The position numbers and the translations under genes are program-made. The notes below the pieces were generated by a model. It saw only the letters and a program-made list of their open reading frames with translations. It was not told where the DNA came from and did not search any database. From positions 18,600,001-18,664,000 of the forward strand of contig OZ059898.1 in the NCBI GenBank assembly GCA_964057225.1: a stretch of DNA of 64,000 nucleotides, in the 5' to 3' direction. This DNA comes from Auanema rhodensis. Lineage: Eukaryota; Animalia; Nematoda. Below are positions 1 to 13,300 of this stretch, one piece after another. Position 1 is the first letter of the stretch. Every line of letters begins with the position of its first letter.

Positions 1-3000
1 ACTTTAAAATCTACGTGTACTTTAATTTATGCTAATTAAGTGTACACATGATGTGCACTTGGTATGTAACTCGCTTCACGTGAAAGATAAAGAGATGCGG
101 TTTTCAAAATTAGATTCCTCATGTCCATATTAGTCTAAAAACGAATTTTTATTGATATTGATGCATGGTAACCATGACTTTGAAATTTACGTGAACTTTA
201 ATTTATGCTTATTAAGTGTAGACGTGATGTGCACTTGGTATGTAACTCGCTTCACGTGAAAGATAAAGGGATGCGGTTTTCAAAATTAGATTTCCCATGT
301 CCATATTAGTCTAAAAACAAATTTTTGTTGATATTGGTGGATGGTAACCATGACTTTGAAATTTACGTGAACTTTAATTTATGCTAATTAAGTGTACACG
401 TGATGTGCACTTGGTATGTAACTCGCTTCACGTGAAAGATGAAGAGATGCGGTTTTCAAAATTAGGTTCCCCATGTCCATATTAGTCTAAAAACAAATTT
501 TTATTGATATTGGTGGATGGTAACCATGACTTTCAAATTTACGTGAACTTTAATTTATGCTAATTAAGTGTACACATGATGTGCACTTGGTATGTAACTC
601 GCTTCACGTCAAAGATAAAGAGATGCGGTTTTCAAAATTAGATTTGGCATGTCCATATTAGTCTAAAAACAAATTTTTATTGATATTGGTGGATGGTAAC
701 CATGACTTTGAAATTTACGTGAACTTCAATTTATGCTAATTAAGTGTACACGTGATGTGCACTTAGTATGTAACTCGCTTCGCGTCAACGATAAAGAGAT
801 GCGGTTTTCAAAATTAGATTCCCCATGTCCATATTAGTCTAAAAACAAATTTTTATTAATATTGGTGCATGGTAACCATGACTTTGAAATTTACGTGAAC
901 TTTATTTATGCTAATTGAGTGTACACATGATGTGCACTTGGTATGTAACTCGCTTCACGTGAAAGATAAAGAGATGCGGTTTTCAAAATTAGATTCCGCA
1001 TGTCCATATTAGTCTAAAAACAAATTTTTATTGATATTGGTGCATGGTAACCATGACTTTGAAATTTACGTGAACTTTAATTTATGCTAATTAAGTGTAC
1101 ACGTGATGTGCACTTGGTATGTAACTCGCTTCACGTGAAAGATAAAGAGATGCGGTTTTCAAAATTAGATTTCCCATGTCCATATTAGTCTAAAAACAAA
1201 TTTTTATTGATATTGGTGCATGGTAACCATGACTTTGAAATTTACGTGAACTTTAATTTATGCTAATTAAGTGTACACGTGATGTGCACTTGGTATGTAA
1301 CTCGCTTCACGTGAAAGATAAAGAGATGCGGTTTTCAAAATTAGATTCCGCATGTCCATATTAGTCTAAAAACAAATTTTTATTGATATTGGTGCATGGT
1401 AACCATGACTTTAAAATCTACGAGTACTTTAATTTATGCTAATTAAGTGTACACATGATGTGCACTTGGTATGTAACTCGCTTCACGTGAAAGATAAAGA
1501 GATGCGGTTTTCAAAATTAGATTCCTCATGTCCATATTAGTCTAAAAACGAATTTTTATTGATATTGATGCATGGTAACCATGACTTTGAAATTTACGTG
1601 AACTTTAATTTATGCTAATTAAGTGTACACGTGATGTGCACTTGGTATGTAACTCGCTTCACGTGAAAGATAAAGAGATGCGGTTTTCAAAATTAGATTC
1701 CCCATGTCCATATTAGTCTAAAAACAAATTTTTATTGATATTGGTGCATGGTAACCATGACTTTGAAATTTACGTGAACTTTAATTTATGCTAATTAAGT
1801 GTACACGTGATGTGCACTTGGTATGTAACTCGCTTCACGTGAAAGATAAAGAGATGCGGTTTCCAAAATTAGATTTCGCATGTCCATATTAGTCTAAAAA
1901 CAAATTTTTATTGATATTGGTGCATGGTAACCATGACTTTGAAATTTACGTGAACTTCAATTTATGCTAATTAAGTGTACACGTGATGTGCACTTGGTAT
2001 GTAACTCGCTTCACGTGAAAGATAAAGAGATGCGGTTTTCAAAATTAGATTCCCCATGTTTATATTAGTCTAAAAACAAATTTTTATTGATATTGGTGCA
2101 TGGCAACCATGACTTTAAAATCTACGTGTACTTTAATTTATGCTAATTAAGTGTACACATGATGTGCACTTGGTATGTAACTCGCTTCACGTGAAAGATA
2201 AAGAGATGCGGTTTTCAAAATTAGATTCCTCATGTCCATATTAGTCTAAAAACGAATTTTTATTGATATTGATGCATGGTAACCATGACTTTGAAATTTA
2301 CGTGAACTTTAATTTATGCTTATTAAGTGTACACGTGATGTGCACTTGGTATGTAACTCGCTTCACGTGAAAGATAAAGGGATGCGGTTTTCAAAATTAG
2401 ATTCCCCATGTCCATATTAGTCTAAAAACAAATTTTTGTTGATATTGGTGGATGGTAACCATGACTTTGAAATTTACGTGAACTTTAATTTATGCTAATT
2501 AAGTGTACACGTGATGTGCACTTGGTATGTAACTCGCTTCACGTGAAAGATGAAGAGATGCGGTTTTCAAAATTAGGTTCCCCATGTCCATATTAGTCTA
2601 AAAACAAATTTTTATTGATATTGGTGGATGGTAACCATGACTTTCAAATTTACGTGAACTTTAATTTATGCTAATTAAGTGTACACATGATGTGCACTTG
2701 GTATGTAACTCGCTTCACGTCAAAGATAAAGAGATGCGGTTTTCAAAATTAGATTTGGCATGTCCATATTAGTCTAAAAACAAATTTTTATTGATATTGG
2801 TGGATGGTAACCATGACTTTGAAATTTACGTGAACTTCAATTTATGCTAATTAAGTGTACACGTGATGTGCACTTAGTATGTAACTCGCTTCGCGTCAAC
2901 GATAAAGAGATGCGGTTTTCAAAATTAGATTCCCCATGTCCATATTAGTCTAAAAACAAATTTTTATTAATATTGGTGCATGGTAACCATGACTTTGAAA

Positions 3001-3973
3001 TTTACGTGAACTTTATTTATGCTAATTGAGTGTACACATGATGTGCACTTGGTATGTAACTCGCTTCACGTGAAAGATAAAGAGATGCGGTTTTCAAAAT
3101 TAGATTCCGCATGTCCATATTAGTCTAAAAACAAATTTTTATTGATATTGGTGCATGGTAACCATGACTTTGAAATTTACGTGAACTTTAATTTATGCTA
3201 ATTAAGTGTACACGTGATGTGCACTTGGTATGTAACTCGCTTCACGTGAAAGATAAAGAGATGCGGTTTTCAAAATTAGATTCCCCATGTCCATATTAGT
3301 CTAAAAACAAATTTTTATTGATATTGGTGCATGGTAACCATGACTTTGAAATTTACGTGAACTTTAATTTATGCTAATTAAGTGTACACGTGATGTGCAC
3401 TTGGTATGTAACTCGCTTCACGTGAAAGATAAAGAGATGCGGTTTTCAAAATTAGATTCCGCATGTCCATATTAGTCTAAAAACAAATTTTTATTGATAT
3501 TGGTGCATGGTAACCATGACTTTAAAATCTACGAGTACTTTAATTTATGCTAATTAAGTGTACACATGATGTGCACTTGGTATGTAACTCGCTTCACGTG
3601 AAAGATAAAGAGATGCGGTTTTCAAAATTAGATTCCTCATGTCCATATTAGTCTAAAAACGAATTTTTATTGATATTGATGCATGGTAACCATGACTTTG
3701 AAATTTACGTGAACTTTAATTTATGCTAATTAAGTGTACACGTGATGTGCACTTGGTATGTAACTCGCTTCACGTGAAAGATAAAGAGATGCGGTTTTCA
3801 AAATTAGATTCCCCATGTCCATATTAGTCTAAAAACAAATTTTTATTGATATTGGTGCATGGTAACCATGACTTTGAAATTTACGTGAACTTTAATTTAT
3901 GCTAATTAAGTGTACACGTGATGTGCACTTGGTATGTAACTCGCTTCACGTGAAAGATAAAGAGATGCGGTTT
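1..3973 (+). repeat. Higher-order repeat, 12-monomer period (2,111 bp)
   Basis: The variant order from 1 onward recurs from 2112: TTTGGC at ~645/2756, 175-bp monomer at 881/2992, CTACGAG at ~1423/3534. The match breaks near 1863/3974. Confidence 0.9.
1584..1759 (+). repeat. Representative consensus-type monomer (176 bp)
   Basis: ACTTTGAAATTTACGTGAACTTTAATTTATGCTAATTAAGTGTACACGTGATGTGCACTTGGTATGTAACTCGCTTCACGTGAAAGATAAAGAGATGCGGTTTTCAAAATTAGATTCCCCATGTCCATATTAGTCTAAAAACAAATTTTTATTGATATTGGTGCATGGTAACCATG. This carries the majority base at each position by eye. The monomer phase is arbitrary (set by the window start). Confidence 0.93.
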
Positions 3974-4399
3974 TCAAAATTAGATTCCCCATGTCCATAT
4001 TAGTCTAAAAACAAATTTTTATTGATATTGGTGCATGGTAACCATGACTTTGAAATTTACGTGAACTTTAATTTATGCTAATTAAGTGTACACGTGATGT
4101 GCACTTGGTATGTAACTCGCTTCACGTGAAAGATAAAGAGATGCGGTTTTCAAAATTAGATTCCTCATGTCCATATTAGTCTAAAAACGAATTTTTATTG
4201 ATATTGATGCATGGTAACCATGACTTTGAAATTTACGTGAACTTTAATTTATGCTTATTAAGTGTACACGTGATGTGCACTTGGTATGTAACTCGCTTCA
4301 CGTGAAAGATAAAGGGATGCGGTTTTCAAAATTAGATTCCCCATGTCCATATTAGTCTAAAAACAAATTTTTGTTGATATTGGTGGATGGTAACCATGA

Positions 4400-7300
4400 C
4401 TTTGAAATTTACGTGAACTTTAATTTATGCTAATTAAGTGTACACGTGATGTGCACTTGGTATGTAACTCGCTTCACGTGAAAGATGAAGAGATGCGGTT
4501 TTCAAAATTAGGTTCCCCATGTCCATATTAGTCTAAAAACAAATTTTTATTGATATTGGTGGATGGTAACCATGACTTTCAAATTTACGTGAACTTTAAT
4601 TTATGCTAATTAAGTGTACACATGATGTGCACTTGGTATGTAACTCGCTTCACGTCAAAGATAAAGAGATGCGGTTTTCAAAATTAGATTTGGCATGTCC
4701 ATATTAGTCTAAAAACAAATTTTTATTGATATTGGTGGATGGTAACCATGACTTTGAAATTTACGTGAACTTCAATTTATGCTAATTAAGTGTACACGTG
4801 ATGTGCACTTAGTATGTAACTCGCTTCGCGTCAACGATAAAGAGATGCGGTTTTCAAAATTAGATTCCCCATGTCCATATTAATCTAAAAACAAATTTTT
4901 ATTAATATTGGTGCATGGTAACCATGACTTTGAAATTTACGTGAACTTTATTTATGCTAATTGAGTGTACACATGATGTGCACTTGGTATGTAACTCGCT
5001 TCACGTGAAAGATAAAGAGATGCGGTTTTCAAAATTAGATTCCGCATGTCCATATTAGTCTAAAAACAAATTTTTATTGATATTGGTGCATGGTAACCAT
5101 GACTTTGAAATTTACGTGAACTTTAATTTATGCTAATTAAGTGTACACGTGATGTGCACTTGGTATGTAACTCGCTTCACGTGAAAGATAAAGAGATGCG
5201 GTTTTCAAAATTAGATTCCCCATGTCCATATTAGTCTAAAAACAAATTTTTATTGATATTGGTGCATGGTAACCATGACTTTGAAATTTACGTGAACTTT
5301 AATTTATGCTAATTAAGTGTACACGTGATGTGCACTTGGTATGTAACTCGCTTCACGTGAAAGATAAAGAGATGCGGTTTTCAAAATTAGATTCCGCATG
5401 TCCATATTAGTCTAAAAACAAATTTTTATTGATATTGGTGCATGGTAACCATGACTTTAAAATCTACGAGTACTTTAATTTATGCTAATTAAGTGTACAC
5501 ATGATGTGCACTTGGTATGTAACTCGCTTCACGTGAAAGATAAAGAGATGCGGTTTTCAAAATTAGATTCCTCATGTCCATATTAGTCTAAAAACGAATT
5601 TTTATTGATATTGATGCATGGTAACCATGACTTTGAAATTTACGTGAACTTTAATTTATGCTTATTAAGTGTACACGTGATGTGCACTTGGTATGTAACT
5701 CGCTTCACGTGAAAGATAAAGGGATGCGGTTTTCAAAATTAGATTCCCCATGTCCATATTAGTCTAAAAACAAATTTTTGTTGATATTGGTGGATGGTAA
5801 CCATGACTTTGAAATTTACGTGAACTTTAATTTATGCTAATTAAGTGTACACGTGATGTGCACTTGGTATGTAACTCGCTTCACGTGAAAGATGAAGAGA
5901 TGCGGTTTTCAAAATTAGGTTCCCCATGACCATATTAGTCTAAAAACAAATTTTTATTGATATTGGTGGATGGTAACCATGACTTTCAAATTTACGTGAA
6001 CTTTAATTTATGCTAATTAAGTGTACACATGATGTGCACTTGGTATGTAACTCGCTTCACGTGAAAGATAAAGAGATGCGGTTTTCAAAATTAGATTTCG
6101 CATGTCCATATTAGTCTAAAAACAAATTTTTATTGATATTGGTGCATGGTAACCATGACTTTGAAATTTACGTGAACTTTAATTTATGCTAATTAAGTGT
6201 ACACATGATGTGCACTTGGTATGTAACTCGCTTCACGTCAAAGATAAAGAGATGCGGTTTTCAAAATTAGATTTGGCATGTCCATATTAGTCTAAAACAA
6301 ATTTTTATTGATATTGGTGGATGGTAACCATGACTTTCAAATTTACGTGAACTTCAATTTATGCTAATTAAGTGTACACGTGATGAGCACTTAGTATGTA
6401 ACTCGCTTCGCGTCAACGATAAAGAGATGCGGTTTTCAAAATTAGATTCCCCATGTCCATATTAGTCTAAAAACAAATTTTTATTAATATTGGTGCATGG
6501 TAACCATGACTTTGAAATTTACGTGAACTTTATTTATGCTAATTGAGTGTACACATGATGTGCACTTGGTATGTAACTCGCTTCACGTGAAAGATAAAGA
6601 GATGCGGTTTTCAAAATTAGATTCCGCATGTCCATATTAGTCTAAAAACAAATTTTTATTGATATTGGTGCATGGTAACCATGACTTTGAAATTTACGTG
6701 AACTTTAATTTATGCTAATTAAGTGTACACGTGATGTGCACTTGGTATGTAACTCGCTTCACGTGAAAGATAAAGAGATGCGGTTTTCAAAATTAGATTC
6801 CCCATGTCCATATTAGTCTAAGAACAAATTTTTATTGATATTGGTGCATGGTAACTATGACTTTGAAATTTACGTGAACTTTAATTTATGCTAATTAAGT
6901 GTACACATGATGTGCACTTGGTATGTAACTCGCTTCACGAGAAAGATAAAAAGATGCGGTTTTCAAATTTAGATTTCGCGTGTCCATATTAGTCTAAAAA
7001 CAAATTTTTATTGATATTGGTGCATGGTAACCATGACTTTGAAGTTTACGTGAACTTTAATTTATGCTAATTAAGTGTACACGTGAAGTGCACTTGGTAT
7101 GTAACTCGCTTCACGTGAAAGATAAAGAGATGCGGTTTTCAAAATTAGATTCCCCATGTCCATATTAGTCTAAAAACAAATTTTTATCGATATTGGTGCA
7201 TGGTAACCATGACTTTGAAATTTACGTGAACTTTAATTTATGCTAATTAAGTGTACACATGATGTGCACTCGGTATGTAACTCGCTTCACGTGAAAGATA

Positions 7301-10300
7301 AAGAGATGCGGTTTTCAAAATTAGATTCCGCATGTTCATATTAGTCTAAAAACAAATTTTTATTGATATTGGTGCATGGTAACCATGACTTTGAAATTTA
7401 CGTGAACTTTAATTTATGCTAATTAAGTGTACACGTGATGTGCACTTGGTATGTAACTCGCTTCACGTGAAAGATGAAGAGATGCGGTTTTCAAAATTAG
7501 ATTCCCCATGTTTATATTAGTCTAAAAACAAATTTTTATTGATATTGGTGCATGGCAACCATGACTTTAAAATCTACGTGTACTTTAATTTATGCTAATT
7601 AAGTGTACACATGATGTGCACTCGGTATGTAACTCGCTTCACGTGAAAGATAAAGAGATGCGGTTTTCAAAATTAGATTCCGCATGTCCATATTAGTCTA
7701 AAAACAAATTTTTATTGATATTGGTGCATGGTAACCATGACTTTGAAATTTACGTGAACTTTAATTTATGCTAATTAAGTGTACACGTGATGTGCACTTG
7801 GTATGTAACTCGCTTCACGTGAAAGATAAAGAGATGCGGTTTTCAAAATTAGATTCCCCATGTTTATATTAGTCTAAAAACAAATTTTTATTGATATTGG
7901 TGCATGGCAACCATGACTTTAAAATCTACGTGTACTTTAATTTATGCTAATTAAGTGTACACATGATGTGCACTTGGTATGTAACTCGCTTCACGTGAAA
8001 GATAAAGAGATGCGGTTTTCAAAATTAGATTCCCCATGTTTATATTAGTCTAAAAACAAATTTTTATTGATATTGGTGCATGGCAACCATGACTTTAAAA
8101 TCTACGTGTACTTTAATTTATGCTAATTAAGTGTACACATGATGTGCACTTGGTATGTAACTCGCTTCACGTGAAAGATAAAGAGATGCGGTTTTCAAAA
8201 TTAGATTCCTCATGTCCATATTAGTCTAAAAACGAATTTTTATTGATATTGATGCATGGTAACCATGACTTTGAAATTTACGTGAACTTTAATTTATGCT
8301 TATTAAGTGTACACGTGATGTGCACTTGGTATGTAACTCGCTTCACGTGAAAGATAAAGGGATGCGGTTTTCAAAATTAGGTTCCCCATGTCCATATTAG
8401 TCTAAAAACAAATTTTTATTGATATTGGTGGATGGTAACCATGACTTTCAAATTTACGTGAACTTTAATTTATGCTAATTAAGTGTACACATGATGTGCA
8501 CTTGGTATGTAACTCGCTTCACGTCAAAGATAAAGAGATGCGGTTTTCAAAATTAGATTTGGCATGTCCATATTAGTCTAAAAACAAATTTTTATTGATA
8601 TTGGTGGATGGTAACCATGACTTTGAAATTTACGTGAACTTCAATTTATGCTAATTAAGTGTACACGTGATGTGCACTTAGTATGTAACTCGCTTCGCGT
8701 CAACGATAAAGAGATGCGGTTTTCAAAATTAGATTCCCCATGTCCATATTAGTCTAAAAACAAATTTTTATTAATATTGGTGCATGGTAACCATGACTTT
8801 GAAATTTACGTGAACTTTATTTATGCTAATTGAGTGTACACATGATGTGCACTTGGTATGTAACTCGCTTCACGTGAAAGATAAAGAGATGCGGTTCTCA
8901 AAATTAGATTCCGCATGTCCATATTAGTCTAAAAACAAATTTTTATTGATATTGGTGCATGGTAACCATGACTTTGAAATTTACGTGAACTTTAATTTAT
9001 GCTAATTAAGTGTACACGTGATGTGCACTTGGTATGTAACTCGCTTCACGTGAAAGATAAAGAGATGCGGTTTTCAAAATTAGATTCCCCATGTTTATAT
9101 TAGTCTAAAAACAAATTTTTATTGATATTGGTGCATGGCAACCATGACTTTAAAATCTACGTGTACTTTAATTTATGCTAATTAAGTGTACACATGATGT
9201 GCACTCGGTATGTAACTCGCTTCACGTGAAAGATAAAGAGATGCGGTTTTCAAAATTAGATTCCGCATGTCCATATTAGTCTAAAAACAAATTTTTATTG
9301 ATATTGGTGCATGGTAACCATGACTTTGAAATTTACGTGAACTTTAATTTATGCTAATTAAGTGTACACGTGATGTGCACTTGGTATGTAACTCGCTTCA
9401 CGTGAAAGATAAAGAGATGCGGTTTTCAAAATTAGATTCCCCATGTTTATATTAGTCTAAAAACAAATTTTTATTGATATTGGTGCATGGCAACCATGAC
9501 TTTAAAATCTACGTGTACTTTAATTTATGCTAATTAAGTGTACACATGATGTGCACTTGGTATGTAACTCGCTTCACGTGAAAGATAAAGAGATGCGGTT
9601 TTCAAAATTAGATTCCCCATGTTTATATTAGTCTAAAAACAAATTTTTATTGATATTGGTGCATGGCAACCATGACTTTAAAATCTACGTGTACTTTAAT
9701 TTATGCTAATTAAGTGTACACATGATGTGCACTTGGTATGTAACTCGCTTCACGTGAAAGATAAAGAGATGCGGTTTTCAAAATTAGATTCCTCATGTCC
9801 ATATTAGTCTAAAAACGAATTTTTATTGATATTGATGCATGGTAACCATGACTTTGAAATTTACGTGAACTTTAATTTATGCTTATTAAGTGTACACGTG
9901 ATGTGCACTTGGTATGTAACTCGCTTCACGTGAAAGATAAAGGGATGCGGTTTTCAAAATTAGATTCCCCATGTCCATATTAGTCTAAAAACAAATTTTT
10001 ATTGATATTGGTGGATGGTAACCATGACTTTCAAATTTACGTGAACTTTAATTTATGCTAATTAAGTGTACACATGATGTGCACTTGGTATGTAACTCGC
10101 TTCACGTCAAAGATAAAGAGATGCGGTTTTCACAATTAGGTTCCCCATGTCCATATTAGTCTAAAAACAAATTTTTGTTGATATTGGTGGATGGTAACCA
10201 TGACTTTCAAATTTACGTGAACTTTAATTTATGCTAATTAAGTGTACACATGATGTGCACTTGGTATGTAACTCGCTTCACGTCAAAGATAAAGAGATGC

Positions 10301-13300
10301 GGTTTTCAAAATTAGATTTCGCATGTCCATATTAGTCTAAAAACAAATTTTTATTGATATTGGTGCATGGTAACCATGACTTTGAAATTTACGTGAACTT
10401 TAATTTATGCTAATTAAGTGTACACGTGATGTGCACTTGGTATGTAACTCGCTTCACGTGAAAGATAAAGAGATGCGGTTTTCAAAATTAGATTCCTCAT
10501 GTCCATATTAGTCTAAAAACGAATTTTTATTGGTATTGGTGCATGGTAACCATGACTTTGAAATTTACGTGAACTTTAATTTATGCTAATTAAGTGTACA
10601 CGTGATGTGCACTTGGTATGTAACTCGCTTCACGTGAAAGATAAAGAGATGCGGTTTCCAAAATTAGATTTCGCATGTCCATATTAGTCTAAAAACAAAT
10701 TTTTGTTGATATTGGTGGATGGTAACCATGACTTTGAAATTTACGTGAACTTTAATTTATGCTAATTAAGTGTACACGTGAAGTGCACTTGGTATGTAAC
10801 TCGCTTCACGTGAAAGATAAAGAGATGCGGTTTTCAAAATTAGATTCCTCATGTCCATATTAGTCTAAAAACGAATTTTTATTGATATTGGTGGATGGTA
10901 ACCATGACTTTGAAATTTACGTGAACTTTAATTTATGCTAATTAAGTGTACACGTGATGTGCACTTGGTATGTAACTCGCTTCACGTGAAAGATGAAGAG
11001 ATGCGGTTTTCAAAATTAGGTTCCCCATGTCCATATTAGTCTAAAAACAAATTTTTATTGATATTGGTGGATGGTAACCATGACTTTCAAATTTACGTGA
11101 ACTTTAATTTATGCTAATTAAGTGTACACATGATGTGCACTTGGTATGTAACTCGCTTCACGTCAAAGATAAAGAGATGCGGTTTTCAAAATTAGATTTG
11201 GCATGTCCATATTAGTCTAAAAACAAATTTTTATTGATATTGGTGGATGGTAACCATGACTTTGAAATTTACGTGAACTTCAATTTATGCTAATTAAGTG
11301 TACACGTGATGTGCACTTAGTATGTAACTCGCTTCGCGTCAACGATAAAGAGATGCGGTTTTCAAAATTAGATTCCCCATGTCCATATTAGTCTAAAAAC
11401 AAATTTTTATTAATATTGGTGCATGGTAACCATGACTTTGAAATTTACGTGAACTTTATTTATGCTAATTGAGTGTACACATGATGTGCACTTGGTATGT
11501 AACTCGCTTCACGTGAAAGATAAAGAGATGCGGTTTTCAAAATTAGATTCCGCATGTCCATATTAGTCTAAAAACAAATTTTTATTGATATTGGTGCATG
11601 GTAACCATGACTTTGAAATTTACGTGAACTTTAATTTATGCTAATTAAGTGTACACGTGATGTGCACTTGGTATGTAACTCGCTTCACGTGAAAGATAAA
11701 GAGATGCGGTTTTCAAAATTAGATTCCCCATGTCCATATTAGTCTAAAAACAAATTTTTATTGATATTGGTGCATGGTAACCATGACTTTGAAATTTACG
11801 TGAACTTTAATTTATGCTAATTAAGTGTACACGTGATGTGCACTTGGTATGTAACTCGCTTCACGTGAAAGATAAAGAGATGCGGTTTTCAAAATTAGAT
11901 TCCGCATGTCCATATTAGTCTAAAAACAAATTTTTATTGATATTGGTGCATGGTAACCATGACTTTAAAATCTACGAGTACTTTAATTTATGCTAATTAA
12001 GTGTACACATGATGTGCACTTGGTATGTAACTCGCTTCACGTGAAAGATAAAGAGATGCGGTTTTCAAAATTAGATTCCTCATGTCCATATTAGTCTAAA
12101 AACGAATTTTTATTGATATTGATGCATGGTAACCATGACTTTGAAATTTACGTGAACTTTAATTTATTCTTATTAAGTGTACACGTGATGTGCACTTGGT
12201 ATGTAACTCGCTTCACGTGAAAGATAAAGGGATGCGGTTTTCAAAATTAGATTCCCCATGTCCATATTAGTCTAAAAACAAATTTTTGTTGATATTGGTG
12301 GATGGTAACCATGACTTTGAAATTTACGTGAACTTTAATTTATGCTAATTAAGTGTACACGTGATGTGCACTTGGTATGTAACTCGCTTCACGTGAAAGA
12401 TGAAGAGATGCGGTTTTCAAAATTAGGTTCCCCATGACCATATTAGTCTAAAAACAAATTTTTATTGATATTGGTGGATGGTAACCATGACTTTCAAATT
12501 TACGTGAACTTTAATTTATGCTAATTAAGTGTACACATGATGTGCACTTGGTATGTAACTCGCTTCACGTGAAAGATAAAGAGATGCGGTTTTCAAAATT
12601 AGATTTCGCATGTCCATATTAGTCTAAAAACAAATTTTTATTGATATTGGTGCATGGTAACCATGACTTTGAAATTTACGTGAACTTTAATTTATGCTAA
12701 TTAAGTGTACACATGATGTGCACTTGGTATGTAACTCGCTTCACGTCAAAGATAAAGAGATGCGGTTTTCAAAATTAGATTTGGCATGTCCATATTAGTC
12801 TAAAAACAAACTTTTATTGATATTGGTGGATGGTAACCATGACTTTCAAATTTACGTGAACTTCAATTTATGCTAATTAAGTGTACACGTGATGAGCACT
12901 TAGTATGTAACTCGCTTCGCGTCAACGATAAAGAGATGCGGTTTTCAAAATTAGATTCCCCATGTCCATATTAGTCTAAAAACAAATTTTTATTAATATT
13001 GGTGCATGGTAACCATGACTTTGAAATTTACGTGAACTTTATTTATGCTAATTGAGTGTACACATGATGTGCACTTGGTATGTAACTCGCTTCACGTGAA
13101 AGATAAAGAGATGCGGTTTTCAAAATTAGATTCCGCATGTCCATATTAGTCTAAAAACAAATTTTTATTGATATTGGTGCATGGTAACCATGACTTTGAA
13201 ATTTACGTGAACTTTAATTTATGCTAATTAAGTGTACACATGATGAGCACTTAGTATGTAACTCGCTTCGCGTCAACGATAAAGAGATGCGGTTTTCAAA

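Noticed and set aside
1-176. Assignment to Brassica CentBr, Arabidopsis CEN178 or alpha satellite; CENP-B box
   Set aside because: Only the length is similar. I recognise no sequence similarity, and no TTCG....A..CGGG motif is present.
38-176. Hairpins as intrinsic terminators or MITE terminal inverted repeats
   Set aside because: The stems are short and internal, with no GC-rich stem plus U-tract, no target-site duplications and no transcription units.
6291-6300. 1-bp deletion (A5 to A4) as a meaningful variant
   Set aside because: Singleton in a homopolymer, and the homologous copy near 12801 has A5. It cannot be distinguished from a sequencing error.
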